Origin: Nostoc sp. PCC 7120 = FACHB-418
GTDB lineage: Bacteria > Cyanobacteriota > Cyanobacteriia > Cyanobacteriales > Nostocaceae
NCBI RefSeq assembly: GCF_000009705.1
Contig: NC_003273.1
Span: 1 to 32,000 of the forward strand
DNA: 32,000 bases
Reading direction: 5' to 3'
The notes beneath the pieces are model-generated. The model had not been told where the DNA came from. It made no database searches and saw only the letters and a program-made list of their open reading frames with translations. Numbering within the stretch: the first letter of the stretch is position 1; every line of letters starts with the position of its first letter. Shown piece by piece: positions 21,368 to 29,517 of the stretch. A program made the position numbers and the translations under genes.

Positions 21368-23091
21368 AACACAAGCAATTCGAGTCATATACAAGTTCAG
21401 GGACAGCCAACAATATTACTGTAGGTGTGCTGGCAACCATCGGCTTAATCTGTGGGGCTAAATCATTCACTGGCACTCAAATTAGTTTGGTGGAATATTG
21501 TTTCATCCCCTCTACGCTGACCTTACCAGATAACCGTGCTAAATACTGCACACCAGATAAACGCTACATAATGCCGGAGTCTGAGTTTTATGCCGAAGCT
21601 TACGCACCAGCTAACCCTGAATTTCAACGTGATAATTTTCTGCCAACCAAAGCAACCAGACTAAGGATTATTCCACCCAGTAACCCGAATAAACCGCTTT
21701 GGGGTCTAGCCGCAGTTGTGACTACTGGTGGAGCTTTTGCATTGTCTAAGGCTAGGGAATGGCGATTGATGCAACTGCTACCCTCAATCAGAAATGAGCT
21801 AAAAGCCAACTGGTTGATCAGCAAAATGCGAGAAGGGCTAAGACTCCACAAAGAAAGCTACACCGCCCAACTAGACTACGAATTTCACCAATGGAGTGAA
21901 AATCGACGGGCAAGGGCAGCGCAGTTATCAAACATGACACCCCAAGAATTAGCCATATTTACCGAACAGGTCAGGTTAAGGGCTGAGGCTGAAGCACGAG
22001 CGCAACTGCAACAAGCAAGCGGACAGCCAAGAGGTGCATTGCCGGGGCAGTCGATTGAAGATATCACTAACCCATCAGATAAGGTGACGGGTGCTGACTC
22101 TACCCAGACGATTGCTCCCAAAGACAGTTGGGTACAAAACTTAGTCAAACAAACTGCCTTAATTTGGGGCAACCAAGGGGGTGGTAAAAGTTGGCTTGCC
22201 CGTTACGTTGTTAAACAGAAAAAACAGGCAGGCTATCGAGTTATCGTCCTTGACCCTGACAGTAACCGTGCAGAATGGCGAGGCGTTGAAAGTTATCACT
22301 CTTGGGACGAGATAGAGCAGCAGATCCGTAATTACGTTAAAGAACTGGAATCAAGATTAAAAATCTTTAATAACTCAACTATGAGTGAGGAGCAATGGCG
22401 GCAGAAACTTTGGACAGAGGGTAAAGCTTTATCTCTAATTTGTGAGGAAGCAACCACCTACGCTGACTTTATAAAAGATGCAGAATTATTGGAGAAATTC
22501 GGCAAGCTGGCATTAACTAAGAGCCGTAAACAAGAAATGCCTTTAACTGTGGTTGCTCACAACAATACCCAGACTTGTTTATTCGGAATAAAAGGCTTAC
22601 ATAATCTCGTTTCTAAGATGCTTCAGGTTGAATGTTTGGCTGAAGTAGATCCAGTTACACTACAGCCAAAATCTACAGGTAGAGCTAAGGTAAAACTCGA
22701 TAGTTCTAACGAATGGCTTGATGTTATTCTGCCGAGTTTGACAGCCAAAATATCTGATTTTAGTGACACAGTAACACCAGCATCTAATCCAATTCCACCC
22801 ATAGATAAAGCCACATTAGAACGCATTTATGAACTGGAATTTAATATCGGTGGCAAGGCTGGTGATACCCCCAATGAAAAAAATAAGCTATCACCAATGG
22901 CTCAAAAATTGTATGAATATCTCACCAGAACTGAACGAATAGAAGCTGATGTAAGAGAGTTCAAAGGCAATTTTAAAGTAAACGGTGAGAGATTCACTGT
23001 TGAGCAAATCAAGGGCTGGATGTATGAAATTGTCGGCGCATCTTTAGCAGACTGGATAGGCGAGGGTGTTATCAAGCTTAATCAAATTTGA
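21364..23091 (+). CDS. Membrane-anchored P-loop NTPase; candidate coupling protein or DNA translocase
   Basis: The start is taken at the ATG that overlaps the preceding stop (ATGA at 21364). Two N-terminal hydrophobic helices and a coiled-coil. Walker A IWGNQGGGKSWLARY, then RVIVLDPD and the Walker-B-like SLICEEATTY. The C-terminal ~70 aa (KLYEYLTRTERIEADVREF...) could be a winged helix; that is inference only. Confidence 0.6.
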   Translation: MKHKQFESYTSSGTANNITVGVLATIGLICGAKSFTGTQISLVEYCFIPSTLTLPDNRAKYCTPDKRYIMPESEFYAEAYAPANPEFQRDNFLPTKATRLRIIPPSNPNKPLWGLAAVVTTGGAFALSKAREWRLMQLLPSIRNELKANWLISKMREGLRLHKESYTAQLDYEFHQWSENRRARAAQLSNMTPQELAIFTEQVRLRAEAEARAQLQQASGQPRGALPGQSIEDITNPSDKVTGADSTQTIAPKDSWVQNLVKQTALIWGNQGGGKSWLARYVVKQKKQAGYRVIVLDPDSNRAEWRGVESYHSWDEIEQQIRNYVKELESRLKIFNNSTMSEEQWRQKLWTEGKALSLICEEATTYADFIKDAELLEKFGKLALTKSRKQEMPLTVVAHNNTQTCLFGIKGLHNLVSKMLQVECLAEVDPVTLQPKSTGRAKVKLDSSNEWLDVILPSLTAKISDFSDTVTPASNPIPPIDKATLERIYELEFNIGGKAGDTPNEKNKLSPMAQKLYEYLTRTERIEADVREFKGNFKVNGERFTVEQIKGWMYEIVGASLADWIGEGVIKLNQI

Positions 23092-23100
23092 CTGCTAATA

Positions 23101-23262
23101 GTGTCTTGTGTCTGCCCCCAAAAACGCCCTTTTTTCGCGGACACAGGACACCAGACACGGCAGACACCACAGCCCAAAACCCTTATACAGCATAGACACC
23201 AGCAGACAGCACACCAGACACCGCCCAGACACCAAGTGTCTAGTACGTGTCCGCTAGACACC
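23101..23262. repeat. Dense array of (A/G)GACAC(C) heptamer-like boxes, about 9 direct and 4 inverted
   Basis: Direct boxes at 23139, 23146, 23153, 23162, 23194, 23204 (degenerate agacag), 23216, 23227 and 23256. Inverted gtgtc(t/c) at 23101, 23108, 23236 and 23247. The array lies between the ATPase stop (23091) and the regulator start (23316). Confidence 0.9.
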
Positions 23263-23315
23263 AATAATAAATCAGTCAATAAACAGCCATTTATTATTAG
23301 AAGATTATCAACATC

Positions 23316-23987
23316 ATGCTGAGAATAGTAATTGTTGAACCAGAAACATTCACGCTCTTAGGCTTCAAAGCGGCTATTGAACAATCTCCAGATATAGAAG
23401 TTACAGGGTCAGCTAATTGTGGAAAGATAGGTTTTCAGTTAATTGAACAAGTAAATCCTGATGTTGTGTTAGTTGATTTACTATTACCCGATATGAGTGG
23501 TTTAGAACTTACTCGTTCAATTAAAAGAAAGACTAATAGTAAAGTTGTCATTTTTACTAATGAGACTCATTCAGACTTTATTAACTCGGCTTTTCGTCAT
23601 GGTGCTGATTCTTATATGCTCAAGAGTGCTGATGTAGAATTGATTGAACTAGCCATCAAGAGAGCTTACTTTTATGAATGTCTACTTGACCCAAAGCTGG
23701 CTAAAAAACTGTTAGAAAGCCTTTATCAAAATAGATATATTGACCCCACCTTCGTTGATAAAAACTTGATAGATCCGCCTACCGAGCGCCAAATACAAGT
23801 CCTGCGTTTACTGGCTCAGGGTTTAGTTTTTCAAGATATTGCCAAAGAAATGTTTCTGTCTGTTAGTACGGTCAAACAATATGCCAGTGATTTGTACAGT
23901 AAATGGCACGTCAAGAACCGTTATGAGGCGATAAAAAGAGGGGCGATGCTTGGTTATATCGACTATAACTTGATTGTGAATGAATGA
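23316..23987 (+). CDS. NarL/FixJ-family response regulator (receiver plus LuxR-type HTH)
   Basis: 223 aa. The receiver has VLVDLLLPDMSG, but VIVEPE replaces the usual DD pocket. C-terminal LTERQIQVLRLLAQGLVFQDIAKEMFLSVSTVKQYASDLYSKW. Confidence 0.8.
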   Translation: MLRIVIVEPETFTLLGFKAAIEQSPDIEVTGSANCGKIGFQLIEQVNPDVVLVDLLLPDMSGLELTRSIKRKTNSKVVIFTNETHSDFINSAFRHGADSYMLKSADVELIELAIKRAYFYECLLDPKLAKKLLESLYQNRYIDPTFVDKNLIDPPTERQIQVLRLLAQGLVFQDIAKEMFLSVSTVKQYASDLYSKWHVKNRYEAIKRGAMLGYIDYNLIVNE

Positions 23988-24165
23988 TGTATTGGGCATC
24001 ACCCCATTGAATTTAACCCGTGGACAGTGCTATGAACTGATCAACCAATTGCGAACTGAACTGAACCAAACGGAGATCATAGAACGCCTCTGGCAGTGTA
24101 ACAAGGGCGGTTCAGCCGCTTGTCAGGAAGCTTATGCACAGTTCAAGGAGATTACACAGCAGTAG
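23980..24165 (+). CDS. Hypothetical small protein (61 aa)
   Basis: The start overlaps the regulator stop by 8 nt. No motif recognised. Confidence 0.3.
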   Translation: MNDVLGITPLNLTRGQCYELINQLRTELNQTEIIERLWQCNKGGSAACQEAYAQFKEITQQ

Positions 24166-24205
24166 TATAACTTCATCACTTATTAGTCTCTACGCAGGTG
24201 TTCAG

Positions 24206-25048
24206 ATGAATCCAAGTAATAATCATTTTGAAAATTTCCAAAATGAGGAGAGAAGTACAATCCAAATAATTCAACTTGCTGGTGGTGAAGAAGATGAAGA
24301 GACGTATTGGAATTATGTTTGGATTTTACGTGCGCGTGGTGGCAATGAAGAATTTGTAGCCGCGTCAAAATTATGTGAAAGTCCTAGCCCAAAAGAAAGA
24401 ACTTTAGGGGTTGATATATTAGCAATGTTAGGAATGCCACAAAGAACTTTTCCGCAACAAAGTGTAGATATTCTTTTAAAATTATTATCAAGCGAAAGCA
24501 ACAGCAATGTGCTGTCTACAATTGGATTTGCCTTTGGATATCTAAAAGATTCGAGAGGTGTTTTACCATTAATTAATCTGAAAAATCATCCCGATGTAGA
24601 TGTGAGGATGGGCGTGGTTTTTGGTTTAATTTCCCAATCAAATGAATTGGCAATTCAAGCATTAATTGATTTATCTAGTGATGAATGTGAAGATATTAGA
24701 AATTGGGCAACTTTTGGTTTGGGTTCCCAAATAGAAACTGATACGCCAGCTATTCGAGATGCTTTATTTGCTCGCGTAATTTCCGAAACAGGACAAGAGG
24801 ACACTATCGCTGAAATTCGTGGAGAAGCATTACTGGGTTTAGCACTGAGAAAAGATGAGCGGGTAATTAATCCGCTCATCGCAGAACTTGAAAGCGGGTG
24901 CGTGGGTAGGCTGGCTGTAGAAGCGGCAAAAGAAATAGGAGATGCAAGACTTTATTCAGCGTTGATTAACTTACAACAGTGGTGGGATGTAGATATTAAG
25001 TTATTACTTGAGGCAATATCTAGCTGTAACTCTAACCCAAGTTGCTAG
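24206..25048 (+). CDS. HEAT-repeat protein (PBS-lyase HEAT-like repeats)
   Basis: Repeated xxVRxxAxxGLG-type units: DVDVRMGVVFGLI, CEDIRNWATFGLG, IAEIRGEALLGLA. The start is taken at the internal ATG (MNPSNN...). Confidence 0.65.
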   Translation: MNPSNNHFENFQNEERSTIQIIQLAGGEEDEETYWNYVWILRARGGNEEFVAASKLCESPSPKERTLGVDILAMLGMPQRTFPQQSVDILLKLLSSESNSNVLSTIGFAFGYLKDSRGVLPLINLKNHPDVDVRMGVVFGLISQSNELAIQALIDLSSDECEDIRNWATFGLGSQIETDTPAIRDALFARVISETGQEDTIAEIRGEALLGLALRKDERVINPLIAELESGCVGRLAVEAAKEIGDARLYSALINLQQWWDVDIKLLLEAISSCNSNPSC

Positions 25049-25341
25049 TCAGGTAAAAAGAAGAGGCAAATTTATGAGTCAATCTTGGGATGAGGGTTGT
25101 AGCGTTTGTGGTGTCGGGCTGAATGATAAGTATGCTTTAAGCGGGTGTCATTGCTGAGGGAAGAATAAGCTTTTTGGTCGCTTAGATTGTGATTGTGGGA
25201 AAATCCCGTCCATACCTCCCTCAACCCCACATAACCTGAATAGAGTTATATTCAATTATTCAACGAAACTGTCTAGTTTGCCGCTAGTATCAGCGACGCT
25301 ATATCTACGCCTTATAGTATCTCTTGATTACTTACCCGCAT

Positions 25342-25420
25342 TATAGTACATTAGTTCTAGTCAATACCTCCTTAGCTGACCAAAAATCAAACCCCGCTTT
25401 CTTGGTGGGGTTTATTTTTG
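25342..25420 (+). ncRNA. Candidate short RNA cassette C
   Basis: TATAGTACATTAGT at 25342; hairpin aaaccccgc...gtggggttt (~25389..25413), then atttttg. Confidence 0.3.
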
Positions 25421-25508
25421 CTCACGCACACTAACAAATCTGTTGTCACAGCAGCACTCATCATGCGGCCGTTTAAGATGAAATCAGACCGCGATTAAAA
25501 AAACAATT

Positions 25509-26519
25509 ATGGCATCTGCCTCACCCACGCCGAATCAGTCTACTAATATTGAGTTGCCGCTTGTCCAACCTCAACAGGAAAAAACTTTCTTGTCAACAGA
25601 GCTTTCAAAAACTGAGGTAGAGGTAGAGCCAGCAATACAAGCCCCAACGGATGATGAGCAAGTCAATCCTGAGACCGCATCACAAGTAGATGCTATTGAA
25701 GCAACAGGAGCGATATTTCAAGCGGTTGGCGTAATTACAGGAGAGGTAAATTTAAAGTCAGAGGGCATTAGCACTGTAACTATTGGTCGAAATCAATACC
25801 CGCTTTTGTACATTGGGCAGAAACTGAGAGTATTTCAGGCTCTCAAGAAAGAAATAGAAGCAACTGGCAATCGGACTTTTAGGCTGGTTGTTTATCCCAA
25901 GGCAATTCATTTCCCCAAAAAAGAGCAACCGCATCAAATTGCTTTTCAGTTAGTAGGCTTTGATAGAGGGCGATTCCAAGATGTAGTCTCAGGAGATTTA
26001 GAAGACCTAGAGTTTAAATTTTCAGGACTGTGGCAGTTTATCCCAGTCTGCCCAACTCCGTGCATCTCTGTGTTCCGCAACTTTACAACAGAAAGACTGG
26101 AATATATTAAGCAAGCCGAACCAGCGCGGAAGGTGAAATTCATGAAGTCCAGCCATTTACCGTTGCTGTGGAAGGATGCACCTGTTCGTCCCTTTAGATT
26201 TAATCCCAAAGTCCCGAAAGAACAGCTAGGACATCCAGTATTTGTCACCCTGAAGGCGAAATTTCTACCAGGGCGTAATGTATGGGGTTTTGTGGCCCTC
26301 ACCGCACCACCACAAGAAACTGCACCCAAATTTCTCAAAGCCTCTAAACAAGATAAAGCCACAGTCCAGCAACAGTCTAAAAAGAATAAACACCAGGGAC
26401 AGCGACCATTGAAAAAAGACCATCAAAGCGGCAATGGAGAGCCAAGCAATCCTCCATCTAAGCCAATACTCAAAAAAAAGCCGCTCCCAAGTGAGGGAGA
26501 AACTGAAAATCAAGCTTGA
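25509..26519 (+). CDS. Hypothetical protein (336 aa) with acidic N-terminus and lysine-rich C-terminal tail
   Basis: Long clean ORF. The acidic Glu/Gln/Pro-rich first ~60 aa are followed by a central globular-looking part and a basic tail (KKNKHQGQRPLKKDHQ...KPILKKKPLP). No family recognised. Confidence 0.55.
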   Translation: MASASPTPNQSTNIELPLVQPQQEKTFLSTELSKTEVEVEPAIQAPTDDEQVNPETASQVDAIEATGAIFQAVGVITGEVNLKSEGISTVTIGRNQYPLLYIGQKLRVFQALKKEIEATGNRTFRLVVYPKAIHFPKKEQPHQIAFQLVGFDRGRFQDVVSGDLEDLEFKFSGLWQFIPVCPTPCISVFRNFTTERLEYIKQAEPARKVKFMKSSHLPLLWKDAPVRPFRFNPKVPKEQLGHPVFVTLKAKFLPGRNVWGFVALTAPPQETAPKFLKASKQDKATVQQQSKKNKHQGQRPLKKDHQSGNGEPSNPPSKPILKKKPLPSEGETENQA

Positions 26520-26530
26520 GCTAAAAATGA

Positions 26531-26567
26531 TTGGCACTCTCATGTTTTTAAATAATGAAAGTGCCAA
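26531..26567 (+). terminator. Hairpin after the 336-aa ORF
   Basis: ttggcact (26531..26538) pairs with agtgccaa (26560..26567); the loop is long (21 nt) and aaagtttt follows. The stems reuse the TTGGCAC box seen at 4888..5040. Confidence 0.3.
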
Positions 26568-26868
26568 AAAGTTTTATCTGAAGGGTCTTTATAATGGCTG
26601 ACCCCGTTTGAATTGAGAAATGTTAAGTTCCATTTAGATGCTCATCGAATTAATGGCGTTTTAGATTATTTAATAATTTCTTTAGATTTGTATCTCGAAT
26701 TTCATTTGTTCTCTAACTAAGGAAAGATGATTTAACTTGATAGACCCATCTGGAGATGAATAGAAACAAGCAGACTCAAGCATTACAATGCTAACAATCG
26801 ATACAAGCTCTACTGCTGGTGAAAGAGAGCTTTGGTGTCTAATAGGAGCGAAAATTTGAGGTTGGGCA

Positions 26869-27582
26869 ATGAATAAAATCCGCGTAGTTTTAATTGAAGA
26901 TCATGACCTGACACGAATTGGTCTACGTGCTACTTTGCAAAAATTAGATGGCATTGAAGTCATTGGTGATGCTAGAGATGCTGCCTCTGGTCTGAAGTTG
27001 CTTAAATCTACTCAACCAGATATTGCGATTGTCGATGTGGGCTTGCCTGATATGAGCGGCATTGAGTTGACTCAACACTTTTTCAACTCAATGGACGCAC
27101 AACAAACCCCTCAAACCAAGATTTTAATTATGACCATGCAGGATAGTGAAGATACTGTTCTAGCAGCCTTCGCGGCGGGAGCAGATTCTTACTGCATGAA
27201 AGATGCCAGTACTGATAAATTAGTAGAGGCTTTGCATCTGACTGTTAATGGTAATTCCTGGATTGACCCAGTAATCGCTCGGATCGTTTTACAGCAGACC
27301 CAAAAAGCTACAACTGCTGCCAACGCTCGACCAGACACGGTAGCGATTAATGGCTTGTCACCAGAATATAGCCACATTGTAGAAACATATCCGCTCACTC
27401 GAAGAGAATTAGATGTCTTAAAGCTGATTGTAGATGGATGCTCTAACGCTGTGATTGCCGAAAAACTCTACGTTTCCGTAGGTACAGTTAAGACTCACGT
27501 TCGCAATATTCTCAATAAGTTATGTGTTAGTGACCGGACTCAGATAGCAGTTCGTGCTTTACGAGCCGGATTAGTTGCTTAA
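26869..27582 (+). CDS. NarL/FixJ-family response regulator (receiver plus LuxR-type HTH)
   Basis: 237 aa. VVLIEDHDL, IAIVDVGLPDMSG, ILIMTMQD, GADSYCMKD. C-terminal LTRRELDVLKLIVDGCSNAVIAEKLYVSVGTVKTHVRNILNKL. Confidence 0.85.
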   Translation: MNKIRVVLIEDHDLTRIGLRATLQKLDGIEVIGDARDAASGLKLLKSTQPDIAIVDVGLPDMSGIELTQHFFNSMDAQQTPQTKILIMTMQDSEDTVLAAFAAGADSYCMKDASTDKLVEALHLTVNGNSWIDPVIARIVLQQTQKATTAANARPDTVAINGLSPEYSHIVETYPLTRRELDVLKLIVDGCSNAVIAEKLYVSVGTVKTHVRNILNKLCVSDRTQIAVRALRAGLVA

Positions 27583-27703
27583 GTACCTTTCTACAATTTA
27601 TTATCGATACAACTTTGCCAAGAGCCAAAAACCGAGGGCAAAATTTGTTTATGGAGCAGATACACTGAATTTCTTCTCGTATCTCTTGATTACTGACCCA
27701 CTT

Positions 27704-27770
27704 TATAGTACATTTGTACACACACGAGAGAACTATTAATCACAACCCCTAGTGAGCTATGGGGTTTTTT
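27704..27770 (+). ncRNA. Candidate short RNA cassette D
   Basis: TATAGTACATTTGT at 27704; hairpin cccctagtgagctatgggg (27746..27764), then tttttt. Confidence 0.35.
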
Positions 27771-27946
27771 CTTGGGAATATTTGATATATTCCTAATTTT
27801 TAATGTAGCTACTTTTCCACTCAACAGCAATTAAGCAAGTAAAAAAAATTAATACTTGTGCATCTGTTTGATATAGGAGTAGAGAATTTCGCGTTCGCCT
27901 TGTATCACGGTTCAACATAAATTGATAAGCTACATTTTTCAATCGC

Positions 27947-28279
27947 TCAGAACAAAGACAGTTGCCCCGGCGATACATTCCCCCTGCGTCGGTTATGAAA
28001 ACTGAGGTGACAAGCCGTACATAACGCGCATAAGTTTGACCGACGATTATCCTCCGGCACAAAATTAGAGTGATGCACTGTCAACGTTAATGCCATTCTT
28101 TGGGAACGGGTCAGATTGGATGTATCATCACCGGGACGAATACATTGCAACCCACACTTAGAACATCGCCAGTTCACTTCTTGTTTGACAACGAGTGCGA
28201 TATCTGACCAGTTTTGAGGATAACGTTCTCTTGATTTCTTAGGCATGGACTGGTTGAAAAACTGTGGAACGCAACTCAA
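27947..28279 (-). CDS. HNH endonuclease
   Basis: WRCSKCG...LTVHHSNFVPEDNRRSNLCALCTACHLSFH gives CxxC, HH, N and CxxCH in the HNH/zinc arrangement. The likely start is the internal Met at 28246 (MPKKSRERYP). Confidence 0.75.
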   Translation of the reverse strand: MSCVPQFFNQSMPKKSRERYPQNWSDIALVVKQEVNWRCSKCGLQCIRPGDDTSNLTRSQRMALTLTVHHSNFVPEDNRRSNLCALCTACHLSFHNRRRGNVSPGQLSLF

Positions 28280-28339
28280 GAGTAATAACGAACTTACTTA
28301 AGAAGATAACTAAAAATCAGCGATTAATACTTGGAGAGG

Positions 28340-28606
28340 TTATAGGTCAGCATATTGGGCATCTAATTCTGCCATTTCACATTCGAGTTCCCAAGCTAAC
28401 TGTTCAAAGTCTGGTACATCTTCTTCTAATTCGCGTGAGTAGCTGCTTGGTTCCACCCTAATTATTTCTGTTTCTGGTTTGACCTCAGCAATGTGGTTCA
28501 TTCGAGAACACATGGGCATTCCCGCTTCTGCGCCTACTTTTTTGTAAGTATATTTTACTTCTAGAAATTGAAATAAATCTCCAATCGCTAAATCTGAAAA
28601 TTTCAT
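28340..28606 (-). CDS. Hypothetical acidic protein (88 aa)
   Basis: Clean ORF preceded by a 43-bp box shared with the upstream region of ORF 28853..29434. Confidence 0.4.
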   Translation of the reverse strand: MKFSDLAIGDLFQFLEVKYTYKKVGAEAGMPMCSRMNHIAEVKPETEIIRVEPSSYSRELEEDVPDFEQLAWELECEMAELDAQYADL

Positions 28607-28700
28607 TCTTTAAAGTCCCTCAACATCTTGTGAACAAGTTTATCAGTTTAATTTGCCTACTACTTGAATTATTCTCATCAGCACTGTTTTGGGATGAAAT

Positions 28701-28744
28701 AGCTAATAGATTAATTCATTCAATTGCTGAATAATAATCAACTC
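28701..28744. promoter_or_regulatory. Shared upstream box, copy 1
   Basis: agctaatagattaattcattcaattgctgaataataatcaact matches 29475..29517 with about 3 mismatches. Each copy lies 40-140 bp upstream of a minus-strand gene. Confidence 0.5.
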
Positions 28745-28852
28745 AATCAGGCTTGGGTGCATTTATAAATTAATCTCTCTAGCCAACTTCCCCTATAACT
28801 TTATTTAGAAGTAATTATATTGACTCAAGGAAGTTAAACGCGCTCCCGCACG

Positions 28853-29434
28853 CTACCTCACCGGATGGTAAAGTCCACTTTCTGGGTTATACCTCCAACC
28901 CAAACCACTGGGGTCACGTCCCCTACTCCAGCTAATAAACTCCTCTGGTCTTTTGGCATTCACTCGGATACGCTCTAGAGTTTCTACATCTACCCCCAAA
29001 CGCTTTGCTAAATTTTGTAGAGTATAAGTATCTATCTTTACCTCACCCTGACCCTGGTAGTAGCGAGAGGATGCTTGTCTAGGTTTACTTTTACTATTGA
29101 GGTAGATAATCAGTTGATTATACGCCGTCTCTAGTTGCTCCACGCGTAAGCTGATAGCCGTCAGTTCCTCTTTCAACTCATCGGTAGAACCTGAAGAGTG
29201 CCGTGATTCTAGTTGGGCTACCCGTTGCTCTAATTGCTGTATTGACGTAAAAGTATCGATATCAGCAGTGCTATCTAATTTGTTTACTAATTCTTGGATT
29301 CCTTGCAGTACATCGTTTGTACGCCCTTGCCTGTGCAACCGTGACAACTCCCTTACAGCGTCTTTTAACGCAACGGGGACGCGGAGCATCTCGCTGGGCG
29401 GCGGTTTCTTGCTTTGAGTTTTCTTAGAGGGCAT
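28853..29434 (-). CDS. Hypothetical coiled-coil protein (193 aa)
   Basis: Basic N-terminus, heptad-like central region (QQLEQRVAQLESR...LRVEQLETAYNQL) and a C-terminal region (TLQNLAKRLGVDVETLERI) that could be an HTH. No family assigned. Confidence 0.5.
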   Translation of the reverse strand: MPSKKTQSKKPPPSEMLRVPVALKDAVRELSRLHRQGRTNDVLQGIQELVNKLDSTADIDTFTSIQQLEQRVAQLESRHSSGSTDELKEELTAISLRVEQLETAYNQLIIYLNSKSKPRQASSRYYQGQGEVKIDTYTLQNLAKRLGVDVETLERIRVNAKRPEEFISWSRGRDPSGLGWRYNPESGLYHPVR

Positions 29435-29474
29435 GGTGATATCAGTCTAGATATCGCTATTGTAGGACTGAAAG

Positions 29475-29517
29475 AGCTAATAGATTAATTCATTCAACTG
29501 GTGAATAATAATCAACT
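29475..29517. promoter_or_regulatory. Shared upstream box, copy 2
   Basis: See 28701..28744. Confidence 0.5.

Noticed and set aside
23082-23322. ORFs 23101..23322 (+) and 23082..23279 (-)
   Set aside because: Both are generated by the GACAC repeat array (QTPQ / CCVW-type low complexity) and are mutually antisense. The region is better explained as a cis-acting repeat field.
27793-28062. ORF 27793..28062 (-), 89 aa
   Set aside because: It overlaps the 3-prime end of the HNH endonuclease gene in another frame and continues into AT-rich intergenic DNA. It has no supporting motif.
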